Source: an uncultured Clostridia bacterium (GTDB taxonomy: Bacteria > Bacillota > Clostridia > Christensenellales > Aristaeellaceae). From it: DNA of 21,621 nt. How positions within the stretch are numbered: position 1 is the first letter of the stretch; every line of letters starts with the position of its first letter. The translations under genes were made by a program, and so were the position numbers. The DNA lies in contig CALGBY010000124.1 in NCBI GenBank assembly GCA_937886445.1, positions 1 to 21,621 on the forward strand, in the 5' to 3' direction. Positions 14,319 to 21,621 of the stretch are shown here, in pieces. The notes beneath the pieces were generated by a model. The model saw nothing but the letters and a program-made list of their open reading frames with translations, did not search any database and was not told the DNA's origin.

Positions 14319-15902
14319 TCAGATATCCAGCAGCTCGCTGTACTTTTTCAGAGCGCCCTCGGTATCGTGTGCCAGCACCCGTTTGGCCAGCACCTTTCCA
14401 AGCTGCACGCCCTCCTGGTCAAAGCTGTTCACATTCCATACAAAGCCCTGGAACATCACCTTGTTTTCAAAGTGAGCCAGCAGCGCGCCCAGCGCCTCGG
14501 GCGTAAGCTGATCCGCGATGATGATGGAGGACGGTCTTTCGCCTTCGAAATTCTTGTTTTTGTCTTCACTTTCCTTGCCGCAGGCAAAGGCCATGATCTG
14601 CGCCGCCACATTGGCGCACAGCTTCTTCTGGCTGGTGCTTCCCTGGATATCCACATCTCTTCCGATCTGGCTCTGCCTGAACGCGATGAACTGCAGCGGA
14701 ATGATATCCGTGCCCTGATGCAGCAGCTGATAGAAGGAGTGCTGTCCGTTGGTGCCCGGTTCTCCGAAAATGACAGGACCGGTCACATAGTTCACCTTTT
14801 CACCAAAGCGGTTCACGCTCTTGCCGTTGCTTTCCATATCCAGCTGCTGCAGATGCGCGGGGAAGCGGCTGAGCGCCTGAGAATAAGGCAGCACGGCAGT
14901 AGCAGGGTAGCCCAGCACATTGCGCTCATAGACGCCGATCAGCGCGTCCAGCATATCGGGGTTATTCAAAAGGTCACGGTTCTTCGCGAGACGGTCCTCT
15001 TCCGCGGCACCGGCGAGGAAGCGTTCAAACACCTCAGGCCCGAAAGCCAGGCTGAGTACAGCCCCGCCCACCGCGCTTGTAGAAGAATAGCGGCCGCCGA
15101 TATAATCATCCATAAAGAACGCGGCCAGATAATCGCTGCTCTTCGCGAGCGGGCTGGTCTCGCTGGTCACGGCGATCATATGTTTCGCGGGATCAAGACC
15201 CTGCTTTTTCAGGGCATCCTTCACAAAGCTCTCATTTGTAAGCGTTTCAAGCGTCGTTCCGCTCTTGGAAACAAGAATGAATACACAGCGGCTCACATCA
15301 ACGCTGTTCAGCACCGCGGACGCGTCATCGGGATCCACATTGGAAATAAAGCGGGCATCCATCTTGAAGCAGCCGTTTTTCTTCGCCCAGTTTTCAAGAG
15401 CGATATACATCGCCCGCGGGCCCAGATCGCTTCCGCCGATCCCGATCTGCACAGCGGTGGTGAATTTTTCACCCTTTTCATTGGTGATCTCGCCAAGATG
15501 TACCTTGTTTGCAAAATCGGCGATGCGTTTCTGCTGCTCCAGATAGAATTCTCTTTTATTCACACCGTCCGCCGTGACATCCCCGCCGAGCTGGCCTCTG
15601 GTAAGATGGTGCAATACCTTGCGCTTTTCTCCGGTATTGATCACTTCGCCATTGTAAAGCGCCTCGTACTTTTCGCTGAGCTGCGCTTCCTCAGCCAGCC
15701 CGGCAAGCAGCTTAAGCACGGTATCATTCACGCTTTTGGCGGCATAGTTGAAGCTCATCCCGGCAGCCATGGGCACGGCATACTCGCCTACGCGCTTTGC
15801 CCCGTTTTCACCGGAAAGCACTTCTCTGAGTGTCACTTTATCATTGCATCCGCAAAGCTTCGCAAAGCTTTCAAGGGTATCGGTATTCTTCCAGGAAATC
15901 AT
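14319..15902 (-). CDS. pgi: Glucose-6-phosphate isomerase
   Basis: Motifs GIGGSDLGP and SKSGTTLET. I prefer ATG 15902 (MISWKNTD...), which has GGAGGA 8 nt upstream. ATG 15926 would lie only about 15 nt from the predicted transcription start and has no SD. Confidence 0.93.
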   Translation of the reverse strand: MISWKNTDTLESFAKLCGCNDKVTLREVLSGENGAKRVGEYAVPMAAGMSFNYAAKSVNDTVLKLLAGLAEEAQLSEKYEALYNGEVINTGEKRKVLHHLTRGQLGGDVTADGVNKREFYLEQQKRIADFANKVHLGEITNEKGEKFTTAVQIGIGGSDLGPRAMYIALENWAKKNGCFKMDARFISNVDPDDASAVLNSVDVSRCVFILVSKSGTTLETLTNESFVKDALKKQGLDPAKHMIAVTSETSPLAKSSDYLAAFFMDDYIGGRYSSTSAVGGAVLSLAFGPEVFERFLAGAAEEDRLAKNRDLLNNPDMLDALIGVYERNVLGYPATAVLPYSQALSRFPAHLQQLDMESNGKSVNRFGEKVNYVTGPVIFGEPGTNGQHSFYQLLHQGTDIIPLQFIAFRQSQIGRDVDIQGSTSQKKLCANVAAQIMAFACGKESEDKNKNFEGERPSSIIIADQLTPEALGALLAHFENKVMFQGFVWNVNSFDQEGVQLGKVLAKRVLAHDTEGALKKYSELLDI

Positions 15903-15947
15903 CAACCCGTCCTCCGAATCATACATTTAGGCCTGTCAGCCTTGTTT

Positions 15948-15976
15948 ATTATACGCTTGCCCCCCTTGCTTTTCAA
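15948..15976 (-). promoter_or_regulatory. pgi promoter TTGAAA-N17-TATAAT
   Basis: On the minus strand, the -35 is at 15971-15976 and the -10 at 15948-15953. Both hexamers match exactly. Confidence 0.65.
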
Positions 15977-16079
15977 GCCATAAACACAACAGAAACAGGA
16001 ATATACTGAACAGGACCGGGCACAATTGTTACAAATCATTACAAAACCCTCACATATCATTTCCGGGCACGGTCATGTC

Positions 16080-16108
16080 TTGAAAACGGCACGGATGGAA
16101 TGTATAAT
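16080..16108 (+). promoter_or_regulatory. Promoter TTGAAA-N17-TATAAT upstream of nrdG
   Basis: -35 at 16080-16085 and -10 at 16103-16108. No CDS begins before 16292. Confidence 0.6.
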
Positions 16109-16291
16109 ACAAAGCGTTCTGTCTTCATCCGTCATTCCGGATCTGGACGGCATGCGAAGAATACGCGATGGCCATTCCGGCCGGGATCATTATCCCGTCC
16201 TGCCCCGCATGCATATAATGAACAAAACCGGTATTCACCGCCGTATTGCGCTGCTGATACAGCATGTACGCTGATTTATGAAAGGGTCATC

Positions 16292-16987
16292 ATGGATATT
16301 CAGGGAATTCAGAAAATGACGCTGCTGGATTTTCCGGGGCGTGTAGCCTGTACGGTCTTTCTCGCCGGGTGCGACCTGTGCTGTCCCTTCTGCCATAACA
16401 GCGAGCTGATCGGTCAGTGTCAGGCGGAGACCGTTATGACAGATGAGGAACTGTTTTCCTTTCTGAAAAAGCGCAGAGGCCTGCTGGACGGTGTCGCCGT
16501 TACAGGAGGAGAGCCGCTGCTGCGCAGGGACATCGATGCCTTTGTCGGAAGGATCGGTGATCTGGGGTATCAGGTCAAGCTGGATACCAACGGGAACCAC
16601 CCCGAGGCGCTCCGAAGGATGATCACCGGCGGCAATATTCAATACATCGCGATGGATGTCAAAAACAGCCGGGCGCTCTACGCGCGCACCTGCGGCAGAG
16701 AAAAAATGGATCTTTCTCCGGTGCTTGAAAGCATTGCCCTGTTGAAAGAAGGAAAAACAGATTACGAATTCCGCACCACAGTTGTAAACGAGCTGCACAA
16801 TGAAAGCTCCTTTGAAGATATCGGTGAAATGATCTCCGGTGCGCGCAGGTATTTCCTTCAGCCCTTTACCGACAGGGACACCGTGAGGTTTTCCGGCTTT
16901 TCATCCCCCTCAAAGGAAAGGATGGAAAAATACCTTTCGATCGTAAGTCCCTCCGTTCATGAGGCGCATATCCGCGGCATGGATTGA
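16292..16987 (+). CDS. nrdG: Anaerobic ribonucleoside-triphosphate reductase activating protein (radical SAM)
   Basis: MDIQGIQKMTLLDFPGRVACTVFLAGCDLCCPFCHN contains the CxxxCxxC cluster. ATG 16292 is preceded by GAAAGGG. The upstream part of track ORF 16100.. is not protein-like. Confidence 0.9.
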   Translation: MDIQGIQKMTLLDFPGRVACTVFLAGCDLCCPFCHNSELIGQCQAETVMTDEELFSFLKKRRGLLDGVAVTGGEPLLRRDIDAFVGRIGDLGYQVKLDTNGNHPEALRRMITGGNIQYIAMDVKNSRALYARTCGREKMDLSPVLESIALLKEGKTDYEFRTTVVNELHNESSFEDIGEMISGARRYFLQPFTDRDTVRFSGFSSPSKERMEKYLSIVSPSVHEAHIRGMD

Positions 16988-17156
16988 AAGAAGCTTTCTT
17001 GTATCCCCCGTAGGAAGAAACACCGCTGTCTGTCTGAAAACAGCTCATACCCGATCACACGAACATACCGCGCTGCGGTATATATGATACTGCCGTATCC
17101 GGCCGTATCCTATACAAAAAATACACTTTTTCCGCTCTTCCGGCAATGTTCCGTTT

Positions 17157-17180
17157 ACGGCGCCGGGAAAGCCGTTTTTT
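17157..17180 (+). terminator. Weak candidate terminator downstream of nrdG
   Basis: ACGGC-GCCGGGAAA-GCCGT followed by TTTTTT. The stem is only 5 bp. Confidence 0.3.
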
Positions 17181-17187
17181 GTGCTAT

Positions 17188-17236
17188 ATACTATATATTG
17201 TGTTCAGAAAACTTTTTTATGTACTGTATATTGACA
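17188..17236. promoter_or_regulatory. Candidate NrdR boxes: a strong one at 17188-17203 and a weaker one at 17221-17236
   Basis: ATACTATATATTGTGT matches the published NrdR-box palindrome acaCwAtATaTwGtgt at 15 of 16 positions by eye. GTACTGTATATTGACA matches about 10 of 16. It starts 33 bp downstream of the first box and overlaps the -35. Confidence 0.55.
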
Positions 17237-17259
17237 TCGGTTGTAAAGCATGGTACAGT
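17231..17259 (+). promoter_or_regulatory. nrdD promoter TTGACA-N17-(TGg)TACAGT
   Basis: -35 at 17231-17236 and -10 at 17254-17259, preceded by TGG. Confidence 0.5.
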
Positions 17260-17323
17260 ATAGTCGTTTGCGGAGCGATCCGCCAAAGCAAAAAACAGCA
17301 TGATCTTATACGGAGGAAAACAC

Positions 17324-19630
17324 ATGTACAGCGTGATCAAGCGTGACGGAACTGTCACCGATTTTAATATCAACAAGATCAGCAAGGCCATCACAAAAGC
17401 CTTTGAAGCGCTTAAAAAGCAGTATCATCCCAGTGTGATCGATATGCTTGCCCTGCGCGTCACCTCTTCCTTTGAAGAGAAGATCCGCAATGATAAGGTA
17501 ACAGTCGAGGATATTCAGGATTCTGTTGAAAGCGTGCTTTCGGAAGCCGGCTACGCGGATGTGGCCAAGGCCTACATTCTGTACCGCAAGCAGCGTGAAA
17601 AGGTGCGCAATGTCAATTCCGCCCTGCTCAACTACAAGGATCTTGTGGACAATTATCTGCAGATCAATGACTGGCGCGTCAAGGAAAACAGCACCGTTAC
17701 CTATTCGGTAGGCGGTCTCATCCTTTCCAACTCCGGCGCCATCACCGCCAATTACTGGCTGAGTGAGATCTATGACAATGAGATCTCCGAAGCCCACCGC
17801 TCCGCGCGCATCCACATTCACGACCTTTCCATGCTCACCGGCTACTGCGCCGGCTGGAGCCTGAAGCAATTGATCAAGGAAGGCCTCGGCGGCGTACCCG
17901 GAAAGATCACCTCCGCCCCCGCCTCTCACCTTTCCACGCTCTGCAACCAGATGGTCAATTTCCTCGGCATCATGCAGAACGAGTGGGCCGGCGCGCAGGC
18001 ATTCTCTTCCTTTGACACCTATCTTGCTCCCTTTGTAAAGGTGGACAACCTTTCACAGAAGGAAGTCAAGCAGTGCGTGCAGAGCTTCATCTACGGTGTG
18101 AACACGCCCAGCCGCTGGGGCACACAGGCTCCCTTCTCCAATATCACGCTGGACTGGACTGTTCCGCGTGATCTGGAAAACATGCCGGCCATCGTAGGCG
18201 GCAGGGAGATGGACTTCACCTACGGCGACTGCAAAAAGGAAATGGACATGGTCAACAAGGCCTTCATCGAGATCATGATCGAAGGCGACGCCAACGGCCG
18301 CGGTTTCCAGTATCCCATTCCCACCTACTCCATCACCCGTGATTTTGACTGGTCTGAAACCGAAAACAACAAGCTGCTGTTTGAAATGACCGCCAAGTAC
18401 GGAACACCCTATTTTTCCAACTACATCAACTCCGATATGGAACCCAGCGATGTGCGCAGCATGTGCTGCAGGCTGAGGCTGGACCTGCGTGAGCTTCGGA
18501 AAAAGAGCGGCGGCTTCTTCGGCAGCGGCGAATCCACCGGTTCCGTGGGCGTTGTTACGATCAACATGCCCCGTCTGGCCTACGAATCCGCCACCGAGCA
18601 GGAATTCTACGAGAATCTTGACAAGCTGATGGATATCGCCGCCCGCAGCCTGAAAACCAAGCGCACAGTCATCACCAAGCTGCTGGATGCCGGTCTCTAC
18701 CCCTACACCAGGCGGTATCTCGGCACCTTTGAAAACCATTTCTCCACGATCGGCCTTGTGGGCATGAATGAGGCCTGCCTGAACGCGAAGTGGATCGCAA
18801 AGAGCCTGGCCGATGAGAAAGCACAGCGCTTCACCAAAGATGTGCTCAACCATATGCGTGAACGGCTGAGTGATTATCAGGAGAAGTACGGCGATCTGTA
18901 CAACCTGGAAGCCACTCCCGCCGAAAGCACCACCTACCGTTTTGCCAAGCATGACAGAGAGCAGTATCCCGATATCATCTGCGCCAACATGAACGGCAAG
19001 CCCTACTACACCAATTCCAGCCATCTTCCCGTCACCTACACGGAGGACATCTTCTCCGCTCTGGATATTCAGGATGACCTGCAGACGCTGTACACCTCCG
19101 GAACGGTATTCCACGCGTTCCTCGGCGAAAAGCTGCCTGACTGGAAAGCCGCGGCGGAGCTGCCTGCGAGGGAGAAACCCTACATTTTATGCTACTTTAT
19201 CGGGGAATCCGGTACCTATTGGACTGAAGTGGAAAAACTTCGCGCGGAGACCGGAATGGATGTTGTCGTACTGCCGGTGACGGAGGAATCCTACCGGAAG
19301 GAGCAGTATATCCTGGCGGACGGAGCCGGTCCGGAGGCGTTTCTGGGCTATGTGATGAATGCCGGAGCGGTCTGCACCGATTCCTTCCACTGCACGCTGT
19401 TCACGCTGATCTTCGGCAAAATGCCGCGTGTTTTCCGCCGGTACAGGGAGGATGATCCGGAATCCAAGAACAGCCGGATCGATCAGCTTTACCGTTCTCT
19501 GGACCTGACTCCGGAGACGGTACCCGATCCGGAACGGCTGGCGGACGCACTGGCCCGTCTGAGAGAAAACGGCCTCGCGTGGCTGCGCGAAAGCCTCGGA
19601 AATAACATGACAGGGAAAACGGAAGGATAA
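17324..19630 (+). CDS. nrdD: Anaerobic ribonucleoside-triphosphate reductase NrdD. About 613 N-terminal residues are intact, but the glycyl-radical/zinc-ribbon C-terminus is replaced in frame by a foreign tail.
   Basis: SD GGAGGA at 17312-17317, then ATG 17324. ATP-cone-like N-terminus MYSVIKRDGTVTDFNINKISKAI; core motifs include SMCCRLRLD. NrdD-like sequence ends at ...FHAFLGEKLPDWKAAAEL (codon 19160-19162). No RVCGY-type glycine motif or CxxC pairs follow. Confidence 0.85.
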   Translation: MYSVIKRDGTVTDFNINKISKAITKAFEALKKQYHPSVIDMLALRVTSSFEEKIRNDKVTVEDIQDSVESVLSEAGYADVAKAYILYRKQREKVRNVNSALLNYKDLVDNYLQINDWRVKENSTVTYSVGGLILSNSGAITANYWLSEIYDNEISEAHRSARIHIHDLSMLTGYCAGWSLKQLIKEGLGGVPGKITSAPASHLSTLCNQMVNFLGIMQNEWAGAQAFSSFDTYLAPFVKVDNLSQKEVKQCVQSFIYGVNTPSRWGTQAPFSNITLDWTVPRDLENMPAIVGGREMDFTYGDCKKEMDMVNKAFIEIMIEGDANGRGFQYPIPTYSITRDFDWSETENNKLLFEMTAKYGTPYFSNYINSDMEPSDVRSMCCRLRLDLRELRKKSGGFFGSGESTGSVGVVTINMPRLAYESATEQEFYENLDKLMDIAARSLKTKRTVITKLLDAGLYPYTRRYLGTFENHFSTIGLVGMNEACLNAKWIAKSLADEKAQRFTKDVLNHMRERLSDYQEKYGDLYNLEATPAESTTYRFAKHDREQYPDIICANMNGKPYYTNSSHLPVTYTEDIFSALDIQDDLQTLYTSGTVFHAFLGEKLPDWKAAAELPAREKPYILCYFIGESGTYWTEVEKLRAETGMDVVVLPVTEESYRKEQYILADGAGPEAFLGYVMNAGAVCTDSFHCTLFTLIFGKMPRVFRRYREDDPESKNSRIDQLYRSLDLTPETVPDPERLADALARLRENGLAWLRESLGNNMTGKTEG
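19163..19630 (+). pseudogene. C-terminal half of a polysaccharide pyruvyl transferase-like protein, lacking its own 5' half and fused in frame to nrdD
   Basis: KPYILCYFIGES...GPEAFLGYVMNAGAVCTDSFHCTLFTLIFGKMP...NSRIDQLYRSLDL resembles the conserved C-terminal block of the pyruvyl transferase family (..YI..YFLG.., ..VITDSFHGT.FS.IF.KPF.., ..SRI..LL..LGL). Recognised from memory, not searched. Confidence 0.6.
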
Positions 19631-19637
19631 CACAGGC

Positions 19638-20516
19638 ATGGAATATACCGTGACGGCGGCGGATGACGGACGCGCGCTGAGGGATGTGCTCAGGGGACCG
19701 ATGGCAATGAGCTATACCGCCGTGAAGAGCGCGAAGTGGAGCGACAGGATCCGGGTGAACGGAGTTTCGGAAAAGGTGGACCTGAAGGTGAAAGCCGGGG
19801 ATGTGATCACGGTCCTGCCGGCGGAGGAGACCCCTGTCTATATTCCCAGACCGTATGAGATCCCGCTGGATATCCTGTATGAGGATGAATATCTGATGAT
19901 CGTCAATAAACCCGCGCCGCTGGCCAGTCAGTCCGGCGCGGGACATCCGGACGATTCCCTGGAGAATGCCGTATATTCCTTCCTGGGATGCCCGGAGGGA
20001 TTTGTCTACCGGCCTGTCAACCGTCTGGACAAAGGAACCAGCGGGATCATGGTCGTGGCCGCGGACGCGCATGTGCAGCACCTTCTGCAGCAGATGCTGC
20101 ATACGGACCGGTTTGTCCGGAGCTATCTTGCCGTGACGGAAGGTGTGCCGGAGCCCGGAGAGGGGATCCTTGATTTCCCGATCGGCAAAGCACCGGGTGC
20201 CACGATCCGGAGAACGGTGACTCCGGAAGGAAAGCCTTCCGTGACTCACTACCGGGTCCTGCGCTCCGACGGGGAAAGGGCACTGGTTTCCCTCACACTT
20301 GAAACGGGAAGGACCCATCAGATCCGGGTGCATCTGAGTCATATCGGCTGTCCGGTCTGCGGGGATTTCCTGTACGGCAGTGAACTGCCGGAACTGCCCG
20401 GGCGGTTCGCGCTGCATTCCTCCGAACTGCGGCTGATCCATCCGGTGACCGGCAAACTTCTGGAAATTCACGCCGATTTACCGGAAACACTGCAAAAACT
20501 GCTGAAAACAGACTGA
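19638..20516 (+). CDS. RluA-family pseudouridine synthase with an S4-like N-terminal domain
   Basis: Motifs VNRLDKGTSGIMVVA and GRTHQIRVHL. RBS GGAAGGA lies upstream. Confidence 0.88.
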   Translation: MEYTVTAADDGRALRDVLRGPMAMSYTAVKSAKWSDRIRVNGVSEKVDLKVKAGDVITVLPAEETPVYIPRPYEIPLDILYEDEYLMIVNKPAPLASQSGAGHPDDSLENAVYSFLGCPEGFVYRPVNRLDKGTSGIMVVAADAHVQHLLQQMLHTDRFVRSYLAVTEGVPEPGEGILDFPIGKAPGATIRRTVTPEGKPSVTHYRVLRSDGERALVSLTLETGRTHQIRVHLSHIGCPVCGDFLYGSELPELPGRFALHSSELRLIHPVTGKLLEIHADLPETLQKLLKTD

Positions 20517-20553
20517 AGTCCAAACAGACTCCGGTACGGAATTGAGTGAGACG

Positions 20554-21621
20554 ATGAAAGACAACATGCTTCGGGACAGGAATTTCCGCCGTGAACTGGT
20601 GAAGCTCGCGCTGCCCATTGCCGCGCAGAGCCTGATGCTGTCCGCGGTGGGTGTGGCGGATACGCTGATGCTCGGCGGTGTGGAGCAGAATGCCATGTCC
20701 GCGGTATCCCTGGCGACAAAGATCCAGTTTATTCAGAACATCATAATTTCCAGCGTGATCGCGGCCTTTGTGGCACTCGCGGCGCAGTACTGGGGAAAGC
20801 GCGATGTCCGGTCCCTGAACCGCCTGTTCGGCATCAGTATGAGACTGTGCGGCGCGACCTCGGTCCTCTTCTTTATCGGCTGCGAATTCTTTCCGCAGTA
20901 TCTGATGCTCCTTTTCACCGATGATCCGGAGCTGATCCGGATCGCGTCGGAGTATCTGAGGATCGCGGCCTGGTCCTATCTGCTGACGGGCTTCAGCCAG
21001 AACTATCTTGCCCTGCTGAAGACCAGCGACCACGCCGCGAACACCGCGGCCATCAGCACGACCGCCGTGATCTGCAATATCCTGCTGAACGCCGTGTTTA
21101 TTTTCGGCCTGGCCGGGATACCCGCCATGGGCGTACGCGGCGCGGCTCTGGCGACCCTGATCGCCCGCGTGATCGAACTTGTCTGGGCGGTGCTTCTCTC
21201 CTTCGGAAAAGACTATGTGCGTCCCGAATACGGTCAGCTGATCCGTCAGGATCCGGTCCTGAACAGGGATTTCATGAAAACCATGTGGCCACTGCTGGGC
21301 GCGGGACTGCTGTGGGGTGTCGGATTCACCGCCTACAGCGCGTTTATGGGACACATCGATCAGGATGCGCCGGCGGCCAATTCCGTGGCTTCCTCGGTTA
21401 TTGAGCTGGTCTGCTGCATGTGCAACGGTCTTGCCACCGGCGGCGGGATCCTGGTCGGAAACGCCCTGGGCGCCGGCAATCTGGAAAAAGGGAAGCTGTA
21501 CGGTCAGCGGATCGTCAGGATTTCCTTCGTGTGCGGGATCCTGACGTCCCTGGTGATGTTCGGCATCACGCCGCTCGTGATGAGCATTGTCAGGATGAAT
21601 GACAACGCCATGGACTACCTT
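20554..21621 (+). CDS. MATE family efflux transporter, 3'-partial (runs off the window)
   Basis: Not in the ORF track because no stop is reached. I translated it by hand from ATG 20554: MKDNMLRDRNFRRELVKLALPIAAQSLMLSAVGVADTLMLGGVEQNAMSAVSLATKIQF...GVRGAALATLIARVIELVW... It is open for 356 codons to the window end. The start codon is uncertain because the SD is weak. Confidence 0.8.
   Translation, partial: MKDNMLRDRNFRRELVKLALPIAAQSLMLSAVGVADTLMLGGVEQNAMSAVSLATKIQFIQNIIISSVIAAFVALAAQYWGKRDVRSLNRLFGISMRLCGATSVLFFIGCEFFPQYLMLLFTDDPELIRIASEYLRIAAWSYLLTGFSQNYLALLKTSDHAANTAAISTTAVICNILLNAVFIFGLAGIPAMGVRGAALATLIARVIELVWAVLLSFGKDYVRPEYGQLIRQDPVLNRDFMKTMWPLLGAGLLWGVGFTAYSAFMGHIDQDAPAANSVASSVIELVCCMCNGLATGGGILVGNALGAGNLEKGKLYGQRIVRISFVCGILTSLVMFGITPLVMSIVRMNDNAMDYL

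Noticed and set aside
16026-16274. An 82-aa ORF between pgi and nrdG
   Set aside because: It has no RBS, spans the predicted promoter and has a non-protein-like composition.
16109-16291. A purine/2'-deoxyguanosine or cobalamin riboswitch in the nrdG leader
   Set aside because: A GCATGC/GCATGT pairing enclosing ATATAAT superficially resembles a purine-riboswitch P1/J1-2. However, the internal helices are too short and the conserved loop sequences are absent. No B12-box-like sequence is seen.
512-21354. Long ORFs antisense to real genes: 512..1444, 1543..2649, 6331..7770, 8407..9501, 14367..15983, 18053..19114, 19401..20471 and 20293..21354
   Set aside because: Each almost exactly shadows a well-supported gene on the other strand. 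Their translations are low-complexity and rich in Arg/Gly/His, with no recognisable motifs. Shadow ORFs of this kind are expected in GC-rich coding DNA with strong codon bias.

Overview
This window reads as chromosomal DNA from a moderately GC-rich Firmicutes/Clostridia-type anaerobe. That is an inference from gene content, GGAGG-type ribosome-binding sites and TTGAAA/TTGACA-N17-TATAAT promoters. No database search was run.

Almost all of it is housekeeping. In order, it holds:
- a CDP-alcohol phosphatidyltransferase-family gene translationally coupled to a flippase-like (LPG-synthase-TM type) membrane protein
- a THUMP/class I SAM RNA methyltransferase and a Nudix hydrolase
- the infC-rpmI-rplT operon with an attenuator-type leader
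- tig, then clpP-clpX
- a minus-strand block: tRNA-Leu(UAA), MATE exporter, TrmH-family methyltransferase, secreted SH3b-repeat protein
- an orphan HExxH protein, then pgi
- nrdG, then nrdD
- an RluA-family pseudouridine synthase and a second MATE gene that runs off the 3' end

I found no CRISPR array, transposase, integrase, toxin-antitoxin pair or recognisable defence system, and I cannot honestly nominate a clear novel multi-gene system.

The observations most worth a second look are:
1. nrdD loses its glycyl-radical C-terminus at about 19160. There it continues in frame into the C-terminal half of a polysaccharide-pyruvyl-transferase-like protein, and synonymous codon usage shifts abruptly at the same point. 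This is a recombination/HGT breakpoint or an assembly chimera.
2. Three tandem 66-bp units at 91-289 each carry an 11-12 bp hairpin, with one compensatory base-pair change. They are followed by a dense cluster of palindromes and direct repeats upstream of the lipid gene pair.
3. The phosphatidyltransferase signature has Thr in place of its last conserved Asp.
4. Long untranslated leaders sit behind near-consensus promoters upstream of nrdG and the Nudix gene.
5. infC most likely starts at a non-canonical codon.

The many long ORFs antisense to real genes are treated as shadow ORFs.
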